Shown here piece by piece: positions 50,451 to 58,945 of a DNA stretch of 58,945 nucleotides. Both the position numbers and the translations under genes were made by a program. This stretch comes from a virus (taxonomy: Duplodnaviria; Caudoviricetes). The number at the start of each line of letters is the position of its first letter. Positions within the stretch are counted from its first letter, which is position 1. The stretch is taken from positions 1-58,945 of the IMG/VR virus record IMGVR_UViG_3300027905_000003. One strand, given 5' to 3'. The notes under the pieces are model-generated. The model made no database searches. It was not told the DNA's origin and worked only from the letters and a program-made list of their open reading frames with translations.

Positions 50451-51746
50451 ATGGCTGACTCCTCTCGGATCACCGTCGACACCGTTTACGGCCAGATGGT
50501 CGTCAACCCAAACGACCATCCTCGAGGCAAGTCCTTAGCGGAGACCGGCCAAGCCTACGACCACGAGGACATCGCATTACTCGTCGACTTGGTGAAGAAG
50601 CGGGGACCGGAAAGCGTCGTCATCGACGTCGGGGCCAACTGCGGATCGTATGCGCTGGCGATGGCGCGGCACGCGGCCCAGGTCATTGCCATCGAACCGC
50701 AGCGAGAGCTGGTCCAGCAGTTGCGAGACACGATCGAATTGAACCCGTTCGGCCACCGGATCTTCGCCATGCACGCCGCGGCGGGGCGGGGAGGAGACCG
50801 GTTCTGGGAAGTTCCGGCCCTCGACTACACCGCACGGCATGAGACCGACATCGTGCGCTTGGCCGCGGCGACCGATGAGACCCCGCGAGCGCGCCTGGTG
50901 CCAGAGACCACGGTCGATCACGTCGTGGGCATCTTGCAACTCGCGCGGGTCGACATCCTCAAGATCGACGCTGAAGGGATGGACTTAGACGTCTTGGCTG
51001 GAGCGCGGGAAACCATCCTCCGCTTCAAACCCATCCTGTTCGTCGAGTGGCGGCACACCGACCGCTTCGCCATGCAGCGGGTGCTGTTCGAGGACTTCGG
51101 GTATCCCTCAGCCCAAGTCATCGGGGGGAACGACTTCCTCTGCGACCCGGATGTGGTGACGCCGGATCCGTTGCACTCGTACGTGCCTGGGGATCTGCCG
51201 ACGCTCCTCATGCCGGAAGCGCTCGCCACGATGGAAGACTTGGCGCGGTCCGCACCACAGGGATGCTTCGTCGAGGTCGGGGTCTACCAAGGCGGGAGCG
51301 CGCAACGGCTCTACCGGATCGCGGAGGCGCAAGAGAGAACCCTGTGGCTCTTCGACAGTTTCGTAGGGCACGTCGAAGCGTCGGCCGTGGACTGGCACCC
51401 GGTCGGGGCGTTCAATGCTGGCGGGGGGCCTGCCGCACGCGTCGTGCAAGAGACGCTCCCCAACGCGTACATCGTCATGGGGCGGTTCCCGGATGTACTG
51501 GCGGTGAAACCGGTGGCGTTCGAGTGTCTCCGCGACATTGCATTCGCCCACTTGGATGTCGACCAGTACGAATCCACGAGACGAGCTATTCGCGTGCTCT
51601 GGAGCCGATTGATCTCCGGCGGCATCATCTTGATCGACGACTACGATCTGGACGGGTGCAAGCTGGCCGTGACAACCACATGCTACGAGATGGGCATAGG
51701 CATTGAGATGACAAAAGAGGGGAAGGCCGTCTTGAGGAAGCCGTGA
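50451..51746 (+). CDS. Fused FkbM-family and TylF/MycF-family methyltransferase
   Basis: VIDVGANCG, IEPQ and LKIDAEGMD; then VEVGVYQGGS, LFDSF, HLDVDQYES and IDDY. Confidence 0.85.
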   Translation: MADSSRITVDTVYGQMVVNPNDHPRGKSLAETGQAYDHEDIALLVDLVKKRGPESVVIDVGANCGSYALAMARHAAQVIAIEPQRELVQQLRDTIELNPFGHRIFAMHAAAGRGGDRFWEVPALDYTARHETDIVRLAAATDETPRARLVPETTVDHVVGILQLARVDILKIDAEGMDLDVLAGARETILRFKPILFVEWRHTDRFAMQRVLFEDFGYPSAQVIGGNDFLCDPDVVTPDPLHSYVPGDLPTLLMPEALATMEDLARSAPQGCFVEVGVYQGGSAQRLYRIAEAQERTLWLFDSFVGHVEASAVDWHPVGAFNAGGGPAARVVQETLPNAYIVMGRFPDVLAVKPVAFECLRDIAFAHLDVDQYESTRRAIRVLWSRLISGGIILIDDYDLDGCKLAVTTTCYEMGIGIEMTKEGKAVLRKP

Positions 51747-51957
51747 CCGTCAAAGAACTCATCGCCCATCTCCAGAAACTGCCCTCCGCGGCCCGCGTGG
51801 TGACGCCGTTCGAGGGCACGCTCGAATATGTCGACATCGAGCTGCCGCATATCAAGCGGTTGGGACAGTGCGGCACCGCCGAGATGCGGTACTACGGACT
51901 GGCACATCCCTACTATCGCCCCGGACCGAACGAGGTCGACATGGTGGTCATCGACTG

Positions 51958-53103
51958 ATGGCCGTCGCCCCGCTCGTCACCCGCCACCCCTTGCTCACCG
52001 TCCATCTCTACTACGATGCCATCTCCGCACGAGCCCACGGGGATGAGGTATCCGCCTGGGCCATGGAAGACGAGGCATTCACGAAAGAGCATCTCACCGA
52101 CGTCGACTTCGTCTACCGGGGATGGGCCCGGCTCCGGCATGGGGACTGGCGCGGCTGGCTCGATGGAGAGCACCGGTGGGGCAACCCCCTGCATCGCATG
52201 AAGAATGCGCGGCCGTTCATGCGGACGCATGAGCCTTGGCATCGCTTCGCGACGGACGGCCACGGGGAATGGGTCGAACGCGAAGGATGGGAGACGGAGC
52301 TCCGGGAGTTGACGATCCTGGTCGGGATGGAAGCGGGAGCGGGAGACATGATCATGCTCTTGCGGTTCCTGTCCTGGGTCGCGTCTCGAGCTAAGCGGGT
52401 GTACTGGCTCGTGCCCCGCGACCTGAAACGACTGGCTGATTGGTTCATCGGGGACATCGTCGGCGTCGTCACGGAGGAGCCGCTGCCTTCGTTCGACCGG
52501 TGGATCATGATGGAGTCGCTCCCCGCGATTGTCGGCGCAATGGTGCCCTGGCATGAAGGCTACCGGGGATGCGTCAAGGCTCGGATGATCGATGGAGGTC
52601 GAGGTCGCATGCCGGAACTCCCGCCGTCGGGGCGCGCCACGGGGCTCTGCTGGTCGGGGAACCCCGCGTTCGACAATAACGCCAGACGGTCGATGGACCA
52701 CGAGTCCTCCATCCGCTTCCTCTTAGCGATAAATGAAACCATCCGCGATCCCGCCCATGAAGCGCTCGTCTCCTACCAACGCGGTGACGCGGCAGATGTC
52801 TGGCCATCCGTCGCCCGCGATTGGGAACGGACGACGGGGGACTGGCACTCGACCTACCAGTCCCTGGCCACTGAGTGCGCACGGGTCATCACGGTCGACA
52901 CGGGGCTCGCTCATCTCGCCGGCGCGATGGGGATGCCGACCTACTGCTTGGTCGCGTATGATCACGACTTCCGATGGCAGCACGTGGTCGATGGCTGCTC
53001 GGCCTGGTATCCGTCTCTTCGCGTGATCAAACAGCAACGGCCCGGTGACTGGTCGTATCCGATTGCGGAAGTGGTGCGGCAACTGAAGACGGAGGGGAGA
53101 TGA
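51958..53103 (+). CDS. Second GT9-like glycosyltransferase (paralogue of 47905)
   Basis: EAGAGDMIMLLRF, GLCWSGNP..NNARRSM, ITVDTGLAHLAGAMG, WYPSLRVIKQ..PGDW. Confidence 0.85.
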   Translation: MAVAPLVTRHPLLTVHLYYDAISARAHGDEVSAWAMEDEAFTKEHLTDVDFVYRGWARLRHGDWRGWLDGEHRWGNPLHRMKNARPFMRTHEPWHRFATDGHGEWVEREGWETELRELTILVGMEAGAGDMIMLLRFLSWVASRAKRVYWLVPRDLKRLADWFIGDIVGVVTEEPLPSFDRWIMMESLPAIVGAMVPWHEGYRGCVKARMIDGGRGRMPELPPSGRATGLCWSGNPAFDNNARRSMDHESSIRFLLAINETIRDPAHEALVSYQRGDAADVWPSVARDWERTTGDWHSTYQSLATECARVITVDTGLAHLAGAMGMPTYCLVAYDHDFRWQHVVDGCSAWYPSLRVIKQQRPGDWSYPIAEVVRQLKTEGR

Positions 53104-53341
53104 TCCGTCTTCGAGTGATCGCCAATGTGCAGTCCATGAATCCTGGCGCAGGCGGCACGAAAGAGGTCGACTTCGGTGTCATCGTCGCCCCGTCAGAACT
53201 TGCGGACCACGAGCAGTCCTTGCGCAACTGGGGTGCGAACTACCTCCGCTGGTGCACGGACCACAACAAGAACGGCATCATGTCAGTGTACGATCGAGAA
53301 TTCGCGATCGTCTGGCTCAATCGAGTGGAGCGAGAGATGTG

Positions 53342-53851
53342 ATGGCGTTCGTCCCCGAAGTCTTCCGCCCCGATGGCTACATCGCCAAAGAGTCGTTGCG
53401 GGATGGCGTCTACTACTTCGGCCGCTGCCGGAACTCACAGGTCGCTCGCTGGGATGCCACGCGACAAGTCTTTCGCTACTGGCGAGAGAAGTTTACCCAT
53501 CGCTACGTTGAAGCCTTACGGTGTCGGGAAGACGAAGGCCCGACGATCGATGTCTTCGACGCTCGATGCGCGCTCAGCGAGTTGGAGCGTGAAGATGTGC
53601 CCGACGAGGGACCGCCCATAGACCGCGCTCGACTCCTCCACCAATTCGGTAGCCGCGTGCTGCAACGGAGAGAAGTGCTCAATCTCTCGCAGCAGGAACT
53701 GGCGAAGCGAGCCGGCATGAGCAACGCGGCGTTGTGCAAGATCGAGCGCGGCTACGGATTGCCGTCGTTGGAAGTGGCGGTGCGCCTGGCGGAGGCGCTG
53801 TCGACTAGAGTGGATGCGTTGGTGGGGCCGACGACGGATCCGGTGCTCTGA
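53342..53851 (+). CDS. Hypothetical domain fused to XRE HTH
   Basis: LSQQELAKRAGMSNAALCKIERG...PSLEVAVRLAEAL. Confidence 0.75.
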   Translation: MAFVPEVFRPDGYIAKESLRDGVYYFGRCRNSQVARWDATRQVFRYWREKFTHRYVEALRCREDEGPTIDVFDARCALSELEREDVPDEGPPIDRARLLHQFGSRVLQRREVLNLSQQELAKRAGMSNAALCKIERGYGLPSLEVAVRLAEALSTRVDALVGPTTDPVL

Positions 53852-54507
53852 TGCGATTGCGTCCGAACGCGTGGCGCACACTTCTGGGCCGCATCGTCGC
53901 CGATCCCAGTGACCAAGCCAACCTCGACTGGGGCTCTCCCCGCAAAGGGCATCCCGAAGCGACGATCCGCGCCCACATCCACGAATTGGGGTCGAATCTG
54001 AACGCGCTCTCGCCCGAACTCTCAGACGATGAGTATTGGAAGCTCGCCATCCTGATCCACGTGCACGACATCTTCAAGCCTGACTCGCACGCCATGCGCA
54101 CCGGATCGTACGCGCCGCCGATTCTGGATCCGGATTCGCACGCCTCGATCGCCCGCGCCTTCTTGGCCGAGTTCACCGACGATGTTTCGATGCTGGCCAC
54201 GGTTCAGTACCACGACGAGCCCTTTGCGCTCTATCGCCAGTGGCAACGAAAAGGCCGATATAACCCAGTGCGATTCGAGTCCTTACTCACCGCTATTCCC
54301 GATTGGGACCTCTTCGTCGCCTTCCTCATCATCGACGGGACGACAGCGGGGAAGTCTCTGGCGGCGCAGGACGAGGGATTGTCATCGGTGACTGAGCCGC
54401 GCGAGTGGTTCCTGCACGCGATCCAAGGTCGGGTCACGACCCGGTGGACGGGGGAGACGGTGCGGATGGTGGAGGCGGCACGGGCCTCCTCGGGCCTCCT
54501 CGACTGA
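53851..54507 (+). CDS. HD-domain phosphohydrolase
   Basis: GHPE...H, HVHDIFK, HA, YHDE and IID. Confidence 0.7.
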   Translation: MRLRPNAWRTLLGRIVADPSDQANLDWGSPRKGHPEATIRAHIHELGSNLNALSPELSDDEYWKLAILIHVHDIFKPDSHAMRTGSYAPPILDPDSHASIARAFLAEFTDDVSMLATVQYHDEPFALYRQWQRKGRYNPVRFESLLTAIPDWDLFVAFLIIDGTTAGKSLAAQDEGLSSVTEPREWFLHAIQGRVTTRWTGETVRMVEAARASSGLLD

Positions 54508-54511
54508 CGCC

Positions 54512-54540
54512 TTGACTTTCCCTGTCGACCCCGCCAGCAT
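54512..54540 (+). promoter_or_regulatory. Putative sigma70 promoter of the Y RNA/Ro60 operon
   Basis: TTGACT-17 nt-CAGCAT about 15 nt upstream of the first Y RNA. Confidence 0.45.
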
Positions 54541-54554
54541 CCCCCATTAGTGAT

Positions 54555-54625
54555 GTGCCGGGTGGCGCACGATGCGGATACTTCTCTTGTAAAGAAAACG
54601 CCGTGTCGGCTTGTTCCCCAGGTGC
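54555..54625 (+). ncRNA. Y RNA 1 (minimal; Ro-binding stem plus one hairpin)
   Basis: GGTGGCGCAC...GGATACTTC and GGCTTGTTCCC motifs shared with copies 2-4. Confidence 0.7.
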
Positions 54626-54641
54626 TCTGATAAACTGAACC

Positions 54642-54773
54642 GCCAGTGGCGTAGGTCGCAGATACTTCATTGGTTCGAATCCAATATTGACCGCCGCACC
54701 ACACGCCCTCTGTACGAGGGGAAGGTCGATTAGCTGAGCGGATACAGCAATCTGCTGCCGCTTGTTCCCTGGC
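54642..54773 (+). ncRNA. yrlA: Y RNA 2 (YrlA-like)
   Basis: GCCAG/CTGGC stem, TGGCGTAGG...GATACTTC, T arm ATTGG-TTCGAAT-CCAAT before a D-like TAGCTGAGCGGATACAGC, then CCGCTTGTTCCC. Confidence 0.8.
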
Positions 54774-54810
54774 ATCTACTTTTTTGTTCGGTCTGCACGC
54801 ATTCAGGAAA

Positions 54811-54908
54811 ACCGGTGGCGTAGGATTCGGATACTTCTTTGGTTGAGACAGGCTCTAAACCTGTCGGCGGTTCAAGCCCGCTAAGCCCGAGTCCGCTCAT
54901 TCCCCGGT
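54811..54908 (+). ncRNA. Y RNA 3, with CUA anticodon-like arm
   Basis: ACCGG/CCGGT stem, same motifs as other copies, GACAGG-CTCTAAA-CCTGTC and GCGG-TTCAAGC-CCGC. Confidence 0.75.
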
Positions 54909-54918
54909 GCTCGCGTTC

Positions 54919-55069
54919 GAGAGGGGATCGATGGCGTAGGTGATGGTTACTTCGATTCTGGATCGAGAGGTCGTGGGTTCGAGTCCCACCTGGCTGGGTA
55001 ACACCAGTCGGTAGCTCAGTTGGTAGAGCGCTAAAATCTCCATTGCCGCTTGTACCTCGGTCTCTTCTC
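54919..55069 (+). ncRNA. yrlA: Y RNA 4 (canonical YrlA-like)
   Basis: TGGCGTAGG...GGTTACTTC, GTGGG-TTCGAGT-CCCAC, a closed acceptor-like stem, D arm TAGCTCAGTTGGTAGAGC, then CCGCTTGTACC. Confidence 0.85.
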
Positions 55070-55109
55070 TTCGCGCACAGCACCGGGCCAATCTCGAAAG
55101 GAGATCAAC

Positions 55110-56501
55110 ATGGCCCGCACGAACACTCCGATCGCTCACACCGCCCAGACGCACGAGGGCGGCGCCGCCTGGCCGCACGCGACCGCCGAGCAACAACTCC
55201 GGCGCTCCGTCCTCTCGTGCCTCCTCTGGGAGGACGAGTTCTACGAGGACGGCGAGTCCATCGCCAAGCGGATCGCCGATGCGGCGAATGCGGTCCCCGT
55301 CGAGATGCTGGCATCGCTCGCCGTCGAGGCGCGCTCCTCGTTCAACCTGCGCCACGTCCCGATGCTCTTGCTCTCGATCTTGGCCAAGCGCGGGAGCGGG
55401 AACCGGATCGTGCGGGATACGATCGCCGCCACCGTGCAGCGCGCCGACGAGCTGGCGGAGTTCCTCGCGGTCTACGCCAAGACGAATGGCGTCACGCCCG
55501 ACAAGATCAAGAAGACGCTCTCGGCTCAGGTCAAGAAAGGGCTCGCGCGGGCGTTCGCCAAGTTCGATGCCTACGCCTTGGCCAAGTACGATCGCGAAGG
55601 CGCCATCAAACTGCGCGACGTGCTGTTCATGGTGCACGCAAAGCCTAAGGACGAGGAGCAGAATGCGCTCTGGGCCAAGCTGATCGATGGCACGATCGAG
55701 AGTCCCGACACGTGGGAGGTCTCGCTCTCGGGTGGCAAGGACAAGCGCGAGACATTCGAGCGGTTGCTGCGCGAAGAGAAGCTCGGCTATCTGGCGCTCC
55801 TCCGGAACCTGCGGAACATGCTGGAGGCCAAGGTCGATCGGGACCTCATCGTGTCGGCGCTTGCCGCCCGCAAGGGCGCGCGCCGCGTGTTGCCGTTCCG
55901 TTATGTCGCGGCCGCGCGCGCGGTGCCGTCCTTGGAACCCGCGATCGACGCTGCGCTCGTCGCGTCAATCGCCGAGATGCCGGCGTGGCCGGGCGAGACC
56001 GTCGTGTTGGTCGACGTGTCGGGCTCAATGGAGGCCAAGCTGTCGGGCAAGTCGGATCTCTCGCGCATGGATGCGGCCGCTGCGTTGGCGAGTATCATCC
56101 CGGGGCGCGTGCAGATGTTCAGCTTCTCCGACTGGTTGGTCGAGGTCCCGCCCCGGAAGGGTATGGCCGGAGTCGATGCGATTGTGAAGAGTCAGTCCCA
56201 CTCGGGCACTGCGCTATTCGAGGCAGTCCAGCGGGCCGTGAATGCCCAAGGCCACTATGATCGGCTCATCGTCATCACGGACGAGCAGGCGAACCAGGGG
56301 TCAGGCTGGGATGTGCACGGTCGTCTGCAAACAGGAGTGAGTCGGCTGCCGGCGCCGAAGGGGCGAGGCTATATGATCAACGTTGCGAGTTTTCAGAACG
56401 GCGTCGGCTACGGGCCGTGGGTCCACATCGACGGATTCTCGGAGCAAGTTCTTCGGTTCATCCATGAACACGAGGCGTCAGTCTCGCCGTCCCGTGAATA
56501 G
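55110..56501 (+). CDS. rsr: Ro60/Rsr TROVE-vWA RNA-binding protein
   Basis: THEGG, LLWEDEFYE, FDAYALAKY, TWEV.LS, LALLRNLRN, VLPFRY, VDVSGSM and ITDEQ; RBS AAGGAG. Confidence 0.95.
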   Translation: MARTNTPIAHTAQTHEGGAAWPHATAEQQLRRSVLSCLLWEDEFYEDGESIAKRIADAANAVPVEMLASLAVEARSSFNLRHVPMLLLSILAKRGSGNRIVRDTIAATVQRADELAEFLAVYAKTNGVTPDKIKKTLSAQVKKGLARAFAKFDAYALAKYDREGAIKLRDVLFMVHAKPKDEEQNALWAKLIDGTIESPDTWEVSLSGGKDKRETFERLLREEKLGYLALLRNLRNMLEAKVDRDLIVSALAARKGARRVLPFRYVAAARAVPSLEPAIDAALVASIAEMPAWPGETVVLVDVSGSMEAKLSGKSDLSRMDAAAALASIIPGRVQMFSFSDWLVEVPPRKGMAGVDAIVKSQSHSGTALFEAVQRAVNAQGHYDRLIVITDEQANQGSGWDVHGRLQTGVSRLPAPKGRGYMINVASFQNGVGYGPWVHIDGFSEQVLRFIHEHEASVSPSRE

Positions 56502-56585
56502 CCCGAAAGATCTCCGTTGACTCCACCGACCAAGACTCAACACGAGAGCGCGTCCCGTGAATACGCCGAAAGAACCAGAAATAAG

Positions 56586-57652
56586 TCACAGGACTTTCTG
56601 CATCACCACGTGCACGCAGTGGCAGCAGATGATGAGGTCTTGCGACGGGTCGACGATGATGAGCCCGCAGGCGTGACAGTCGGGGCACTCCATGTCGACG
56701 GTGATCACGGGCAACTCACGGCCAATACACTCGGGCGGAATGGACCACGGCTTGGTCAGCAACCCGCGCTTCATGCGATGCAATGGTCTCGCCCGCAGTG
56801 CTCACACATCCAGTGGGCGTCATCGGGCAGGAGTTCTATGTCGTCGAGCTTCTCGGCGCTCTGGACTCGCGAGCAGCCGCCACAGGTCCGTTGACAGTGC
56901 CGGATGGACTCGCGGGTCTCGTGCAAGAGGGAGCGGCGCTCCTCGGGCGTCATGATGGCCATCAGGATTCGTCCTCGTCCAAGGCGCGCTGCAAGAGGCG
57001 CATCAACGCCCGGACGCCAGCGGCATCGAACTGGATGAACGTCGCGCCGTCGCTGGTCAGTTGGACGCACGGACCGCGTCGCTCGCCGCCCGAGAACGTC
57101 CCGACCTGAAGGTCCGGCAATCGCCCTGGTCCCATGTTCGGGAGACGCAAGCCCTGCACGACGCCAATGGCTTTGCTCATTGCGGTTCGCCTCGCTGCGG
57201 AGGTACGTCGACCCATTCCCGCATTTTGATCGCCTGGCCGTAGATCGACTGCCCACACTGCCAGCAGATATCGACGGGCCACTCTGACCGCGTCCGTGGG
57301 TGGGTGTCACTCCACACACGGGGACAGAGATGATCGGGGTTTTCCCGGTCCCAGCAGTCGGCACACCATGACACGGCCGTCCAGGGCATCAGTTCTCGCG
57401 GTCGAGCACGCCCGGCGGAGCCTCTTGTCGAGCGATGAGCTTCTCCCGCCACTCCGCGAGGAGCTGGATCAGATGCTCGCGCCGGCAATTCGAGACGTGC
57501 GTGAAGAAGCCGGTATCCGCCTCACCGATCGACGTGATGCAGAGGGCGAACGCATACCCAGTCGGGATGTCTGACAGGATCACGTCGGCGAGGGCGCGGG
57601 CGAACGCCTCAGCGTCCCGGAGCGGAGCATGGACAGGTTTGGTCGGTGTCAT
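56586..57652 (-). CDS. Block of small minus-strand hypothetical genes (e.g. 57389-57652, 56962-57282, 56586-56783)
   Basis: Overlapping Cys-rich small ORFs divergent from the resolvase; the only convincing minus-strand block. Confidence 0.55.
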
Positions 57653-57933
57653 GGCGGAGATACTACACGTCCGTCTCTGGTGTCACCAGATGCGTTCCCC
57701 AGATGCACTACGCCCGCCAGCCGGTTTGAAAACCAAAGGTCCGCGCTTCAGGAGTCCCGGACCGGCTGACGGGCGAGAGCATGGAGTAAGCATCCACCGA
57801 CCAAGATGGAGCGAGAACGCACAATCTATCCACAGAACCCCCGGCGTCAATGTGGGCAAAACCATTGCCTTTTGTCACACCCGTTTTCTGCTGTTGCATC
57901 GGCTACGGAACAGCCTAGATTGCGCGCCCCAAT

Positions 57934-57990
57934 CCTGTGCCATAAACAGGTGTGCCATAATGCTTGTTTGGTGTTGAATTCTGGCACAGG
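57934..57990. promoter_or_regulatory. res-like site upstream of the serine recombinase
   Basis: TGTGCCATAA at 57936 and 57951; CCTGTGCCA (57934) is inverted as TGGCACAGG (57982). Confidence 0.6.
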
Positions 57991-58037
57991 AACGAAGTCG
58001 CGTCATCGGGATGACTTGCGAGGGAGGGGCCGGCACC

Positions 58038-58655
58038 ATGCTTGTCGGGTACGCGCGAGTCTCCACGGCGGATCAGGACGACGAGATCCAGACCCGAGCG
58101 CTCAAGGAGGCGGGCTGCGAGCGGATCTTCACCGAGACGATTTCCGGTGCCGCGCGCGAGCTGCCCGAGCTCCAACGCACGGTCGCGTTCCTCCGGACGA
58201 ACGACTTCCTCTGCGTGTGGAAGATCGACCGGCTGGGCCGAACCTTCCGCGGGATCGTGAACATCGTTGAGGAGCTGCGCGACAAAGGCGTGCACATTCG
58301 GTCGCTCACCCAGGGGATCGATACGTCGACCGAAGGGGGCCGCATCCTCTTTGCCGTGTTTGGCATGGCCGCCGAGATCGAGCGCACGAACATTCGGGAG
58401 CGGGCGATGGCCGGCCAGGCGAAGGTGCGCGCCCTGGGCATTAAAGTCGGCCGGAAGTTGCGTTTGACGCCCGAACAGGAGCGCCAAGTCGCCGCCCTCC
58501 ATGCCGCCGACATCCCGCCGAAAGAGATCTGCGGACAGTTCAACATCGGTCGGCGCACGATGTGGCGGACGATCGTGCGGGTGGCGGATCGGGATCGTGA
58601 AGCCCGACGGCGCGCGGTGCCCGAGCATCGCCAAGAGGAGAGGGCCCAAGCATGA
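58038..58655 (+). CDS. Serine resolvase/invertase
   Basis: MLVGYARVSTADQ, ISGA..ELPEL, KIDRLGR, AEIERTNIRER and a C-terminal HTH. Confidence 0.93.
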   Translation: MLVGYARVSTADQDDEIQTRALKEAGCERIFTETISGAARELPELQRTVAFLRTNDFLCVWKIDRLGRTFRGIVNIVEELRDKGVHIRSLTQGIDTSTEGGRILFAVFGMAAEIERTNIRERAMAGQAKVRALGIKVGRKLRLTPEQERQVAALHAADIPPKEICGQFNIGRRTMWRTIVRVADRDREARRRAVPEHRQEERAQA

Positions 58656-58868
58656 CCCACCGCGTGGGGAACGACATCCGGAAGATCATCAAGCTCCAGG
58701 CGGAAAAAGGCCGCGTCACGATCGTCGACGTCTTGCACGATGACTGGTGCGCCCACTTCACGGGCGACCTCTGCGATTGCGATCCCGAGATCATGGCGAC
58801 ACCGCTCGCGCGAGATGATGAGCACGGCCATGGCTGACGCGCCCAAGCCGGCGCCCGAGGGCGGCCCG

Positions 58869-58945
58869 CTCAATCGCGATCACACCCGCGAGTACGACTG
58901 GTCGTCGTTCGATGGCGATGAGATGAGCGCCTTGGGCAGCTTGGC
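58869..58945. repeat. Terminal overlap copy of 1-77
   Basis: Exact 77-nt match. Confidence 0.95.

Noticed and set aside
54811-55069. Stand-alone tRNA genes (amber suppressor or others)
   Set aside because: Arms are permuted or incomplete and embedded in Y RNA stems with no free acceptor end.
56586-57652. Invertible segment controlled by the serine recombinase
   Set aside because: No matching inverted site was found at the left boundary; only one res-like cluster is visible.
58869-58945. Biological direct terminal repeat
   Set aside because: 77 nt equals a common assembler k-mer and falls inside an ORF, so it is better explained as circular overlap.

Overview
This window looks like a complete, circularly assembled GC-rich temperate virus genome of about 58,868 bp. 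The first 77 nt recur at 58869-58945 and one ORF reads through the junction. Nearly all genes are on the + strand. I found no terminase, portal, HK97 capsid or tail genes. Instead, 25.4-38.3 kb holds a structural module suggesting a tailless, membrane-containing virion: C-terminally anchored membrane proteins sharing MPY and R-[LFM]-G motifs, an Arg-rich RRN-repeat protein, two adjacent beta-rich capsid candidates (276 and 174 aa), and spike/fibre proteins. No packaging ATPase was recognised. A transglutaminase-like Cys-His-Asp protein may be the maturation protease. Other modules are a DUF3987 replication gene with origin-like repeats, a tyrosine integrase with an attP-like site, a serine resolvase, a DUF1906 lysin, four tRNA/tRNA-like genes, two GT9-like glycosyltransferases plus a double methyltransferase, and a Ro60 gene preceded by four Y RNAs. 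The most striking feature is at 20.4-21.9 kb: a stand-alone Cas7/RAMP-like gene flanked on both sides by non-coding G-rich arrays with 5-nt periodicity (G-S-G-N-N), a candidate non-CRISPR RNA-guided system. All family assignments are by eye from motifs; no searches were run.
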